A stretch of DNA of 64,000 bases from Negaprion brevirostris (lineage: Eukaryota), in contig JARDVH010000150.1 in the NCBI GenBank assembly GCA_030324005.1, forward strand, positions 23,565,882 to 23,629,881, written 5' to 3'. Positions 13,501 through 25,979 of the stretch are shown piece after piece. Under the pieces are notes generated by a model. That model was not told where the DNA came from. It made no database searches and saw only the letters and a program-made list of their open reading frames with translations. A program made the position numbers and the translations under genes. Numbering within the stretch: position 1 is the stretch's first letter; every line of letters begins with the position of its first letter.

Positions 13501-15216
13501 CCACCGACAAGTGATGTNNNNNNNNNNNNNNNNNNNNNNNNNNNNNNNNNNNNNNNNNNNNNNNNNNNNNNNNNNNNNNNNNNNNNNNNNNNNNNNNNNN
13601 NNNNNNNNNNNNNNNNNCCGACAAGTGATGTGCCAGGGCCACTCTCCCCCTCTCTGCCTCCCCAACCACCACAGTCTCAGGGACACTCTATCCCCTCTGC
13701 AACCACAATTTTCAGGGAAACGTTCAAATCTCTACAGCAACACCATCACCACTCTCCCTTATCTTGCCTCCACGACCACAGCTTCGGAGGCACTCTCCCT
13801 ACCCCACTACTGTAGTCTCAGGGCACTCTCCCTCACCCTCAGAGGCATCGTCCCTCCCCAACACACATAAGAGAAGACCCTCTGATGCGGCTCCGCAGAG
13901 GGCCCACCCAGCGCTGCCTCGGCACAGTTTGGCACTTTGCCAGGGAGCAGGGCTAGGGCATTGCCCAGGAATGCCCCTCTCCTTTCCAAGGAGCTATAAT
14001 CACCTTGGGGCCCCTGTTGTGTCCCCCTCAACTGCCTTATGGTCTTAAGCAGCTGTTGTGAACCTTGCTGCATGATGTCATGTCCTGGTAGGCATGAATA
14101 TTTATTGGGATTAATACATGGTTAGAAAGCCAATAACCATATTCAAATATTATGAAGTTTATTAAAATGAATCATTATGTCATCAGCCAGATGTCGGGCA
14201 GATTGTGAATGTCGCTGACAGAAATCTTGATTCCCGACTCTCTGTCACCAAGTTCAGCCCGCTTGACGATGGCCTCAACCGGGATCTTGGGTTCATGTCA
14301 CACTATCTGTAACCCCCATGACTTGCCTGGGCTTGAAAAATTTCACTTACTGTCCTCTCTGGGGACAATACACATCTCTTTAATCTATGCTTAATGCTAT
14401 CTCCACTCATATTATCTGCACCTTTAAGACTTGATTAGCTGTAAAAACTCACATTCTAATCAGTATTCTGTAAACTGAGTGTGTGTCTTTANNNNNNNNN
14501 NNNNNNNNNNNNNNNNNNNNNNNNNNNNNNNNNNNNNNNNNNNNNNNNNNNNNNNNNNNNNNNNNNNNNNNNNNNNNNNNNNNNNNNNNNNAAAACTCAC
14601 ATTCGAATCAGTATTCTGTAAACTGAGTGTGTGTCTTTACATTCCTTGTTTGTGATCAGAACTCTCCACTCACCTGACAAAGGGTCAGAGGCCCAAAAGC
14701 TAGTGGCTTTTGCCACCAAACAAACCTGTTGGACTTTAACCTGGTGTGGTGAGACTTCTTACTGTGTTTACCACAGTCCAACGCTGGCATCTCCACATCA
14801 TGGTCATTCTCTCTGCCAGCGAATGCAAAATTGCCCCCTTTAATTCCAGATTTTGCCATCTACCATAGTGGGATTCTAATTCAGGAATCCCAGAACATCT
14901 GATTAGGTTTCTGGATAAATACTTCAGTGACAATAGCACTGTGCCACCACTCCCCTTTAAATAGGTATTCTTCCTTTGACAGATTCATCCTGTCCACTTG
15001 CTCTGATTGGCCGAGAAACCTGGATGTAGGCTGTTAATGCCGTGGCTCAGTTAAAAAAGCCCTGGCAAAACATGATGGAGCTGTTAAAGGGCACCTGACC
15101 TACTAATGATCCCTGCCTTTTGGCAGCTGCTAAGTTGCCCCAGGTGTGGTGAATAAATACACCTTTCAGTTAAACTTCATCTTAAACTGTAAGTTCTGCT
15201 TGCGGTAATAAGTTAC

Positions 15217-15859
15217 CATCTCAAGTAGTGTAAAGCTATAAAGATTGTCTTCCGAATACAATTGAAGTCTAGGAAAGTGTTAAAAAAACACTGTTGGAAA
15301 ACCCTAGCAACGTCTGCTGCATTCACTGTGGCATGATTTCAACCTGAGCCAATACAGCAGTTGCAAAATTACATTTATGAAGTGTATTTTTCTAGGCCGT
15401 TCCAAGAACTAAATCAGCCTAACAGGATCACCATGATTCCATAAATAATCGTTTCATATTGTGCCAAATCCTACAAGAACTTGAGTCATATTTGGAACAG
15501 GATCAAGCATTATTTTCTCATAACAAGGGGTGTAACATTGAACTGCAAAAAGTTGTGCAGCGAACCTATTCTTTGCCTCAACCTTCTTCAACACCATCCT
15601 TATCTCACCCACGCTGGAGTTGCTAAAGGTTGTTCCAAGTATTGAAGACTAATCTGTCAGAACTCCGAGAGAAAATCTGTCAGGACATTTAAAAAGGTGT
15701 TTTTCTCCTTCATTTTCTTTGAACCATTTTTCTTATTAGTTAACAAAGGGTTAGTGCTGACGGAAAAAATCTGTTTGATCCGCTGGGCTGTGAGCATCAG
15801 CTGGTCATTTAAGGAATCTTCCAACAACCTTCCAAACTGACCTTCTTAGTTATCAAATC
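15217..15859 (-). pseudogene. Decayed exon
   Basis: One 2-bp insertion gives 213 codons with 6 stops: FDN*EGQFGRLLEDSLNDQLMLTAQRIKQIF...VGEIRMVLKKVEAKNRFAAQLFAVQCYTPCYEKIMLDPVPNMTQVLVGFGTI*NDYLWNHGDPVRLI...HFPRLQLYSEDNLYSFTLLEM|gtaact. Acceptor reads TG (degenerate). Confidence 0.7.
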
Positions 15860-16769
15860 CAGAAACCATAGAACCATCATAGAATCCCTACAGTGCAGAA
15901 AGAGACCATTCAGCCCATTGAACCATAACACATTAAATCAAAGTGTTATATATAAATAATAGAACTTATGACTTTAAATTGATTCATTTAAAACATGTCA
16001 TTAGCACCGCTGCCTCACAGTGTCAGGAACCCAGGTTCAATCCCAGCCTTTGGTGACTGTGTGGAGTTTGCACCTTCTCCCCACATCTGCGTAGGTTTCC
16101 TCCCTGTGCTCTAATTTCCTCCCACAGTCCAAAGATATACTGGTTAGGTGGATGGGCCATGCTAAATTACCCCTTAATATCCAAAGGTGTGAAGGTTAGA
16201 TGGATTTACCATGGTAAATTTGCAGGGTTACGATGATAGAATGGAGGGGAGGACCTAGACAGGGTGCACTTATAGACAGTTGATGGTCTGAGTGACCTCT
16301 TTCTGCACTGTAAGAATTCTATAGTTTTATGTCCTGATACAGTTGTTTCCCACATTCTAATCCTGAAGAGTGGAGGCCACTGCCAGGGTCCTTTGGAGAT
16401 GGCTATGGCAACTGGAGAGAAATGGAGAGAAGGAGAGAGAGATAATTGGATGGGGGGAGGGGCAGAGGGAAGGAGGAACAGATGGAGTGCGGGCATAAGG
16501 AGGGAAGGACAGAGAGAGAGAGAAATTGATAGGTGAAAATGAGAATTTTTAATTTTGATTTGAGCTGGAGAAAGACTGATCTCCAGATGGGAGACTGACA
16601 GCTTCCTCAATGCACAAGGATGAGTACTAATGCTCTACTTTACAACAAGGTATGTTATAAAAGGCAGTTCAACCTTCATCCATTTCATTGCCAGGTGTTT
16701 CAAAGCTTAGGAAATCTTTGTTCAGCAGTTAAGTTAAAATCAGGCTCACAATTGCACTCTACAAGCCTG

Positions 16770-17440
16770 ATTTGAGTATTTGATTTGATTTGATTTATTA
16801 TTGTCACATGTATTAGCATACAGTGAAAAGTATTGTTTTTTGTGCACTATACAGANNNNNNNNNNNNNNNNNNNNNNNNNNNNNNNNNNNNNNNNNNNNN
16901 NNNNNNNNNNNNNNNNNNNNNNNNNNNNNNNNNNNNNNNNNNNNNNNNNNNNNNNNNNNNNNNNNNNNNNNNNNNNNNNNNNNTGTTCTTGAGTCGATTG
17001 GCATGTGACCTCAGACTTTTGTATCTTTTTCCCAATGGAAGAAGGTGAAAGAGAGAATGTCCAGGGTGCGTGGGGTCCTTAAGTATGCTGGCTGCTTTGT
17101 CGAGGTGGCGGGAAATATAGACAGAATCAATGAATGGGAGGCTTGTTTGCATGATGGATTAGGCTACATTCATGACCCTTTGTAGTTTCTTGCGAACTTG
17201 GGCAGAGCAGGAGCCAAACCAAACTGTGAAACAACCAGAAGGAGTGTTTTTTATGATGCATCTGTAAACACTGGTGAGAGTTGTGGCTGACATGCCAAAT
17301 TTCCTTAGTCTTCTGAGAAAGTAAGGGCATTGGTGGGCTTTCTTAACTATAGTGTTAACACTGGGGGACCAGCACAGGTTGTTGGTGATCTGGACACCTA
17401 AAAACTTGAAGCTCGTAACTCTTTCTACTTCATATTTTAA
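16770..17440 (-). mobile_element. Rex1/Babar-type LINE 3' fragment
   Basis: EVERVTSFKFLGVQITNNLCW...VKKAHQ..YFLRRLRKFGM and ASILKDPTHPGHSLFHLLPLGKRYKSL, with (caaat)n tail. Confidence 0.8.
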
Positions 17441-18813
17441 TGAAGTGTCTCTTCTCCTGCCTATCACAAGGCGTTAATGTGGAGGTCATTGACTATTCTT
17501 CACATGCAAAATCAATGGAGACTGACAAATTGGTCTTACAATTGTCGCAATGAGTTTTCTTTCACTTTTCTTTCCAAGTCTGCTGATTCACCCTAAATCT
17601 TTTCTTTCCACATACAGATACTCCTAACCTGGAATCTTACCACTCTTCACGCTGGAGAAATTTTCCCATCCTGCTACAGTGAATGGAGATTTGGCAGGCT
17701 ACCAAATTCTCTGACATTGCTGCAGCGTGAGTGTGGCGTGAACGGCAATAAGATTGCACCCATAGTTTATTTACAGTCCCACATGCTACGTGGAGATAGA
17801 TTTGTACTTCCATCTACAGGACGTAGAGTACAAAATATTCTGGCAGATGTCCACCATCACTCAGTGGCAGCGTGCTTATCTCTGCATCAGGTATCGGAGC
17901 AAGAGACCTTGCTTGAATTAAACTGCACAACTGAGGGAATGCTGCACCATTGGAGGAGACATTTTTCACATGAGATATAAAAACTCCCAAGGCACTACAC
18001 CAAAGGAGAGCTCCACGCCATCCTTGTCAACATTCATTCCTCAATCAACATCACTCAAACTGATCATGTAGAAGCGTGCAAATTGGCTGCTGCCTTTTCC
18101 ACATCAAAAGAGTTTGAAAAGTACTGTAAAAAAAAATCTGGGACGTCCTTACATCATTCAAGTGCTCCAAATCCTTTCTTTCATTTGAGAAAGCAAATTA
18201 TTGCTGGACCCAATTATTTTAGTTGAGCATTAGGTAAAGTAAATGCATATAGAATCATAGTATTCTCACAGTGCAGATGGAGGCCATTCAGTCCATCGAG
18301 CCTGCACTGACTACAATCCCACACTGGTTCAATCCCTGTACCCTCACATATTTAACCTGCTAATCCCCCTGCCTGACACTAAGGGGCAATTTAACATGGC
18401 CCTTTCCCCCACCCTATCCCTGTAACTCAAACATTTCCCCATGCCAATCCATCTAAGCTACTCATTTTGGAACACTAAGGGGCAATTTAGCNNNNNNNNN
18501 NNNNNNNNNNNNNNNNNNNNNNNTGGGAGTAAACCAGAGCACCTGGAGGAAACCTACGCAGACATGGAGAGAATGTGCAAACAGTCCATAAGACCATGAG
18601 ACATAGGAGCAGAATTAGGCCACTCTGCCCATCGAGTCTGCTCCACCATTCAATCATGGCTGACATTTTTCTCATCCCCATTCTCCTGCCTTTTCCCCAT
18701 AATCCTTGACCCCCTTATTAATCAAGGCACCCAAGGCCAGAATTGAACCCAGGTCCCTGGCGCTGTAAGGCAGCAGTGCTAACCACTGTGCCACTATGCT
18801 GCACATGGTCTAC

Positions 18814-19163
18814 CATTCTAGGCAAATATCTTAAATTTTGCAGCAACAAGACACATCAGATTTAGGCCCTCTCTTTCCATGTCAGATCTGAATGGCACAA
18901 TTTATTTCAAATCCCTCTCTTGTGTTAGTAATTCATTTGTTAACAGCTAAATTCAAGAGAAAATAATTTGATTTGGATGTGATAAATGTATTACTAATGT
19001 ACATTGTGGCACCATTTCACCCACGGAATCCCCAGTGCAGTGTGCAGATTCCTACGATAGGCCTGCACACAGCTTTGCATGGCAGATCTGCCAAGCACTG
19101 TGCAGACTACTAAATAGCCTTCAATGTTCTTATTTCAGATTGGTATCACACACAGCTGAAATT
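18814..19163 (-). pseudogene. Decayed exon
   Basis: ttgtacag|A...AATG|gtagac; 350 nt = 1+116 codons+1, phases fit both neighbours. It has 7 stops, so support comes mainly from splice sites and phase. Confidence 0.5.
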
Positions 19164-19371
19164 CTGTACAAATAGGTATAGGCTGAATTCAAAATATTGA
19201 CAATATTCACATGTTTGAAATAGAGGATATAAAGATTCAACTGGATAGAAACAGGCACATTTCACACAATTGTACTGGACAATTTAGAATAAATCACAGC
19301 CAAACCCTTCCCACAGTATTGTTCCTTAAAATTGTAATAAGTACATTAACATCTAGTGTATGTGTTCTTAC

Positions 19372-19781
19372 AGTTTAGGCCACCGTTGCATGAAATGTTC
19401 TGGTAATTGCTTGTCTGAAAAGACTGAACAGTTTATCTTTAGAGGATCATATATAATCATGTGCGTATTGTGATCTACTTTTAACTTTTCTGTCAATCTT
19501 CATTATCTTTTCATTTCTCTCTATTCTCTCACTTAACTCCACACAGAATTGGACTCCTGTTCTCTTACTCCCTTTCTGATTTGGACAATCTATGAGATAA
19601 TAAATTGGAGCAGCCTCTGAGTAAACAAACTGATTCTTCAGCTTGCTCCTTTCTGGTATTCAAAGCCTTGAAACTGTCTGCATTCAGTCAAATGTGACTA
19701 TTAAAGTCTCTGTATAAAGTTGACATAAGGGATATTTCTGACAGTTCTGGCACAATGTTATAAGCTTATTTTCTCAGCCGA
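19372..19781 (-). pseudogene. Decayed exon
   Basis: tttactag|T...AAACT|gtaaga. RLRK*AYNIVPELSEISLMSTLYRDFNSHI*LNADSFKALNTRKEQAEES.../...IIYDPLKINCSVFSDKQLPEHFMQRWPK. Confidence 0.6.
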
Positions 19782-19892
19782 CTAGTAAATCAAGCAAATA
19801 AATTACATTTGTTTAATTGGATCAACTGCACAATCAAATATAAAATTATTCAGGCCACATACTTTTTGGAAAAGTGAGATCAATATAATTAC

Positions 19893-19932
19893 TGGCATCA
19901 CTGGAAATTTGATAGTATAAGTGAGGACCTAT
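19893..19932 (-). pseudogene. 40-nt micro-exon
   Basis: ttctttag|AT...CA|gtaatt. Converts phase 1 to 2, exactly as needed between its neighbours. Confidence 0.55.
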
Positions 19933-20789
19933 CTAAAGAATTAATAATCATGAGAAAAATAAAATAGAATTTGATTTGCAAACTAGTGCTGTCAGACTCC
20001 TCCTTCCCAGTGTTGTCAGGCACACATATCATTCCCTTCCCTTCACTCATGACATACACAAGAGAGAGTTGAACCCCATTCCACTCTGGCCACATTCCCA
20101 CTGCCCCTTTTTAAATTCCAGGTTCACTATGCCAAGTCTCAGATTCCCAATCCTCAGTGATGCCTGGGTAAGGAATGGCACCAATACTACAAAAGCACAA
20201 CAGCCTCATCCTACATTTATTTATTGGTGTCACAAGTCGGCTTACATCAACACTGCAATGAAGTCACTGTGAAAATCCCCTAGTCTCTGCACTCTGGTGC
20301 CTGTTCAGGTACACTGAGGGAGAGTTTAGCATGGCCAGTATACCTAACCTAGCACGTCTTTCAGACTTGAGAGAGGAAACCGGAGCACCTGGAGAATTCC
20401 ACTTAGACACAGAGAGAACGTGCAGACTCCGCACAGACAGTGATCCAAGCTGGAAATTGAATCTGGGTCCAAAGATATGCAGGTCAAGTGGATTGGCCAT
20501 GCGTGATTGTGCCTCATGGTCACAAGATGTGCAGGTTAGGGGGATGAACAGGATAAATGTGTGGGGTTACAGGGATATGGCAGGGCAAAAGATCTGGGTG
20601 AGAGAGTCTGTCAGAGGGCCGGTGTTGCCTCTTCTGCACTGCAGGAATTCTCTGAGATTCTATGAGTTGAGAAATTTAATCCCCAGAGTGGCAAGAAATT
20701 TTCAGAATTAAATTTGAATACAGTCTGGGTTTGTGAGTTACTATCATACAGTAGTTCTGATGTGGTATAAATGCACAGGCGTAACTTAC

Positions 20790-22106
20790 ACAGGATACCT
20801 GTTGTAATGTACGCTTTGTCACTGGACAGCTGATTTGGTGACACACATTTCTCACTTGGTGATATGTTCAAATCGCGACCAGAGGCTTCTAACTCAGAAT
20901 GAACAACAGCGTGAGAGATCCACTAATGAATTCTAAAAATAATTCATAATTGTTATCGTGACAAGATTGTGGTGCCTGGGGCTGCTCCTGGCTCAGCAGC
21001 AGCAGGCAACAGATCATTCATTTAGGGGCATACGGCATCAAATAATTCAACCTCTGACCTATGGGAGTTTCCAGTATCACAGGCTGCCTGTGAGCCAGAA
21101 GCAGAAACTGTTCATTACAATCAGCTAACTTCGCGGTCCAGCAAACATTCGGCAGGGCTCTGGGCAGCAACAAAAGAAAACAAGCGCTAGGTTGCACTGG
21201 GGCTGCGTTTTACAAGTTTCTTTATCAAAGAACAAAGAAGAACAAAGAAAAGTACAGCACAGGAACAGGCCCTTCGGCCCTCCAAGCCTGCACTGATCAT
21301 GATGCCTGCCTAATCTAAAACCGTACGGAGTCCATATCCTTCCATTCCTATCCTATTCGTGTATTCATCGAGGTGCCCCTTAAATCATACCTGTTCCCAC
21401 CACCTCCCTGCACAGTGCGATCCAGACATTCACCCCTTCTGTGTAAAAAACTTGCCTCGCACATCTCCTTTAAACTTTTCTCCATGCACGTTAAACATAT
21501 ATCCCCTAGCACTTGGCTTTTCTACCCTAGGAAAGAGCATCTGATTATCCACTCTGTCCATGCCACTCATAATCTTGCAAACCTCTAACAGGTTGCCTCT
21601 GTCGTTCCAATGAGAACAAACCAAGTTTACCGAACCTTTTCTCATAGCTAATACTCTCCAGCCTAGGCAACATCCTGGTAAACCTCTTCTCTAACCTCTC
21701 CAAAGCAACCACATCTTTCTGGCAGTGTGGTGGCCAGAATTGTATACTATATTTCAAATGAGGTCTAACTAAGGTTCTGTAGAGCTGCAGCATGACCTGC
21801 CAATTTTTATACGCAGTGCCCTGACCAATGAAGACTAGCATGTCATTTGCCTTCTTGACTACCTTATCCATGTGCATTGCCACTTTTAGTGACTGGTGGA
21901 TGTGTACACCCAGATCTCTCTGTATTTAATACTCCTAAAGGTTCTACCATTTACTGTATAATTCCTGCATGCATTGGACCTTCTAAAATGCATTACTTCA
22001 CACTTGTCTGGATCACACCACCTTTTTTTGTGCTCATGTTTATTCTTTAGATTCCGACACCAAAAAGTCTGGAGTTGGAATTAGGCCATTACTCACTTCA
22101 AAGGAT
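20790..22106 (-). pseudogene. Decayed exon interrupted by CR1
   Basis: cataccag acceptor, gtaagt donor. Removing CR1 21228-22011 (ATCA direct repeat) joins ...MSTKKGGV|IKKLVKRSPSAT*RLFSFVAAQSPAECLLDREVS... Confidence 0.65.
21228..22011 (-). mobile_element. CR1 (HER1-like) LINE 3' fragment
   Basis: VDKVVKKA...YKNWQVMLQLYRTLVRPHLKYSIQFWPPH...RFTRMLP, with (ttctttg)n tail. Confidence 0.9.
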
Positions 22107-22312
22107 CTGGTATGAAATCAAAATTTTCACCCTGCTCCTTTTCTCCTGAAGGCACAGACATCTTGAGGGGTTGTATTGGTGCTAGTTATATTGGCTCATC
22201 TGAATCCATAACGAGTGTCTACAGATCACTTCACTATGGAGCACCTAATTCCTTCACATGCACGGTCTCATTGCTGATAGCTCGATAAAGTTGCAACATG
22301 ATTTTCCTTCAC

Positions 22313-24116
22313 CTGACACAGAAACAGTGTCGAATTGTAGAATGCAAAATTGCCTCAAGAGTAATGCTGAGGAAGCTTTATGATGCTTTTCATATGCGGT
22401 TCATGACACCAGCCTCCTCCTCGATGACATTCTTTGAGGGTAAGGGTATACGAAGGATGCATCCCCAGCATGCTACTTGTATCGCCAGCATCCCAAACTT
22501 AGGCAATGCGTGTGCAACCCACATTTTCTCAAAAGGAAATAAGCATAAAACTGCACAATGGGTCCTCTTCTAGCATATTTACAAGGCCCAGGCACACTAA
22601 TTGTAAGTAGCATAATTTCTTCAAACTCATTGTCATACAAGTATGTTGGAAATTGCCTGAAGTATTTTTGGAGGTGTTTCAGTGAGTTCTTGGATCTGCC
22701 AGACAGTGATGCCATATTCTTTAATAGCTCTGTGCCTTGCCCTCTGTCAAGTTATAGTCAGATTCTTCGATGCTCCTTGACAGTGTCATGCCAAGAAGGC
22801 ATGAAGAAAAAGATTCTTTTGTTTAAGTTATTTTTCTTTAAATGGACAATTGCTAGGCTGATAAAATGGCACAGCTGGTCACAGGTTGGTCATTCTGGGA
22901 GATGTTAAGCCATTCCAATGGACAAAGGCTAACTCAACAACCTCCTGGAATGTGACTTGTATTGAATGATCATTCCAACCAAGCAGACACAAAGCACCAA
23001 TAGTTGGGCATCTGCACTAGCAGCTGTGGTCAAAAGCTCCTTGGCTGGAATTCTCAACTGGAATTTTAGCAGGTGGGGTGCGGAGAATGTGAAATACCAT
23101 TGACGGTCAGGTGGGAATTTCTGGCTTTTAAACAAGCATGGCCGGAGAATTCTGCCCCTTATCTTCAACATTTTGCTAACTGTTGCTTGTTCAAAGTACA
23201 ATGGATTTTAATAAGGATCCTTAAAATACATGGTTAGGTGAATGACCAGGCTTGGAGCTGCCATGTCACAGGACTGAGATTTGAGATTGAATCACTTTGA
23301 TTATACAGCCTTTACACTCTGTTTTCAGTCATAGTTTAACTTCTGTAGAGAAAACTGGACTCCAAGCTAACACCCTGCCTCTAATCTCCATCTCTTTCAA
23401 AGTTGAATCTCCAGAAACAATCCTGTATTTCACCCACAGAGTGAACTAATTCCCAGAATACAAGAATTCTCACAGGCAAAACCACCTGGAAGAGCCTTCT
23501 TTGGGCATAGACTTATTGGATTCATTCACTCACAAGAATTAATCATCAATAGAATAGAATCATAGAATCCCAACAGTGCAGGAGAAGGCCATTCGGCCCA
23601 CAGAGCCTGCACCGGCAACAATCCCACCCTGGCCCTATCCCGCATAACCCCACTTGCTAATTTGGCATGACACTAGGGGGCACTTTAGCATGGCCAATCA
23701 ACCTAACACATACATCATTGTGGGAGAAAACCAGAGCACCCTGAGGAAACCCACGCAGACACTGGGAGAATGTGCAAACTCCACACAAACAGCCACTCAA
23801 AGCTGGAATTGAACCTGGGTCCCTGGTGCTGTGAGACAGCAATGCTAACCACTGTGTCACCCTACCATCCAATGCTGATAATGTCTCGTTTGATTGTTTT
23901 CAGAAGTAACTCGCAATTTGTAACTTCTTCCCTTTTCTTTCTCTGCCTTTCCAGTTTGTATACCCATTATTGTGAATGTGTGTCATGAGCAAGCCCTCGG
24001 CTTTTGAATGTATTAATAAATCCTAGTTTTGTTTCATTTTCAAAAATTTGCTGGGAGGCTGTTTTTAACATTGGACCTCATAAACTGGGGTTTGGGAAAC
24101 ACATCAGGATCCAGTT
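22313..24116 (-). pseudogene. Large decayed exon with SINE and MITE insertions
   Basis: Strong acceptor ccctttccttcacag, donor gtgaag. One frame is kept across SINE 23551-23869 (CAAT TSD) and MITE 23043-23157 (CTT TSD): ...IFENETKLGFINTFKSRGL...WVKYRIVSGDSTLKEMEIRGRVLAWSPVF...LKHLQKYFRQFPTYLYDNEFEEIMLL. Confidence 0.75.
23551..23869 (-). mobile_element. tRNA-derived HE1-type SINE, CR1-derived tail type A
   Basis: Tail gggccgaatggccttctcctgcactg..gggattctatg. Same type at 4030-4200, 8010-8355, 16000-16325, 18250-18803, 27825-27982, 28478-28815, 29325-29662, 35390-35710, 41020-41212, 42555-42835, 53080-53420, 54657-54950 and 61535-61725. Confidence 0.85.
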
Positions 24117-24226
24117 CTGTGAAGGAAAGGGTATTAAGAAAAACAGATTAAATTTGAAATTAAAAACTATCACAATCATGTGTAGAAGAAGGGAACAATA
24201 ATAATCATTATTTTCACTTCTCTCAC

Positions 24227-24966
24227 ATGTCCGTAACAACAGCAACAGGAGATTTTCCCAGTCTTGAAGATGTAATTTTGATTTGGTTTATTGTTATCAA
24301 GTGTATTAGTATACAGTGAAAATATTTTATTTGCATGCTATACAGACAAAGCGTACCATTCATAGAGAAAGAAAGGAGAGAGTGCAGAATGTTGTGTTAC
24401 AGTCATAGCGAGGGTGTGGAGAAATATCAGCTTAATATATGGTAGGTCCATTCAAAAGTCCGATGGCAGCAGGGAAGAAGCTGTTCTTTAGTTGGTTGGT
24501 ACATGGCCTCAGACTTTTGTATCCGTTTCCTGCCGGAAGTAGGCAGAAGAGAGTATGCCCAGAGTGTGCTGGGTCCTTGATCACGCTGTCTGGTTTTCTG
24601 AGGCAGCAAGAAATGTAGACAGTCAATGGATGTGTACTTGAAACAGAGCTTCTTATTCCTCTAAAAAAATTAAGCCATTTATTTAAGAATTGCGCAGATC
24701 AGTACATACAATTAAATCATTTTGAGGGTTGAATATGGAGTGGCAATTATAAGACATGCCTAGTGCAGAGTTGGCTTTTGGAGAATTTTTTTCTTCTTGT
24801 AGCAATGTTCCAAAAAGGCAACTTCTGCTTCAGTAAATACATGTAGGCTAATAAAAGACACATTGCAACAGGAAATAATTCTGAAACTTTGGAATGAGAA
24901 TCCTGGGGAGAGTGTTGTTTCACCACCTGTTCACTGGAAGAAACTGCAGGGCAACCTGATGGCACC
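24227..24966 (-). pseudogene. Decayed exon with LINE insertion
   Basis: NAGNAG acceptor. Includes ORF 24747-24965 (VPSGCPAVSSSEQVVKQ...LLKQKLPFWNIATRRKKF). Donor gtgaga; 3' phase is ambiguous. Confidence 0.5.
24275..24630 (-). mobile_element. Rex1/Babar-type LINE 3' fragment
   Basis: VIKDPAHSGHTLFCLLPAG...LKNSFFPAAI. A related plus-strand copy lies at ~56560-56820. Confidence 0.75.
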
Positions 24967-25979
24967 CTGCTATATATGGAAACAGTTTAAAATTTCACAC
25001 AGCACAGTTTTTCAAGTGTATTACACAATTAAACAGAATTATGCTTATTGCCATATATCTTAAAACCAGAACTAAGTGTTTGAAACACGTATGTATCTAA
25101 AGCTATCCCATTTTAATTATATTGCATGATTTAGGAATGGTGAAGGTACAACTGCAAGAAAATAGCTTTTGGCCATTTACCAGCCAGTTTATAACAACAA
25201 GGTGAACCAACATTGCTAAAACAGACTATTTGCCTGTTATTCATTGTGGACTGTGAGGCTTTGTGTTGCCTAAATGGTAACCTTCATTACAATAGTGACC
25301 CCACTTTATAAGTACATAATTGGCTATAAAGTGATTTGTTACCTCCTAAGGTTGTGAAAGATGATATACAAACACAAGTTCCTCTTTTCTTGAAACTTGC
25401 TTCCAGGAAATAGTAGCTTATAAATTGATAGAGTCTTACCACTCAATAATATTTTAATTGAACCACCTTTGATCAGGAATGATCCACTTTTACAGTATGT
25501 GGCAGGTTCTAACTAGACACATTAGAATTGAGTGCCAAGAATATTAGTCAATGATTCCCAGTTCAATTTAATAGTCTAAGTGTTAAGTATTTTAATTAAA
25601 AATCACAACCTTAAAATGAAATATAATGGGTGGGATTTTCCAGTCCTGACTGCCCTGAAACTGTAAAAATCCCACCCGAGGTCAAGGGACCGTCCCATGG
25701 TCCGCTCCTCACTCACAATGATTCCTGTGGCAGGCAGAAAGATCATAGAGTCACAGTCATAGAAGTTTACAGCATGGAAACAGTCCCTTCAGCCTAACTT
25801 GTCCACGCCACCCAGTTTTTACCATTAAGCTAGTCCTAATTGCCTGTATTTGGCCCATATCCATCTTATCCATGTAACTGTCTAAATCCTTTTTAAAATA
25901 CAAAATTGAACACGCCTCTAGCAGCTCGATAGAGTCACAGAGGTTTACAGAATGGGTGGAAAGTTCCTGTCCTGCTCAC

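Noticed and set aside
13222-14400. 197-aa ORF and Pro/Ser-rich ORFs; similar C-rich tracts at 49830-50550 and 53450-54430
   Set aside because: Low-complexity interior of probable non-autonomous DNA-transposon remnants, partly spanning N gaps. No domain recognised.
22035-22037. ATG in good context (MSTKKGG...) as the gene start
   Set aside because: A phase-compatible upstream exon and many more exons lie further 5', so this is likely an internal Met after a 1-bp deletion.
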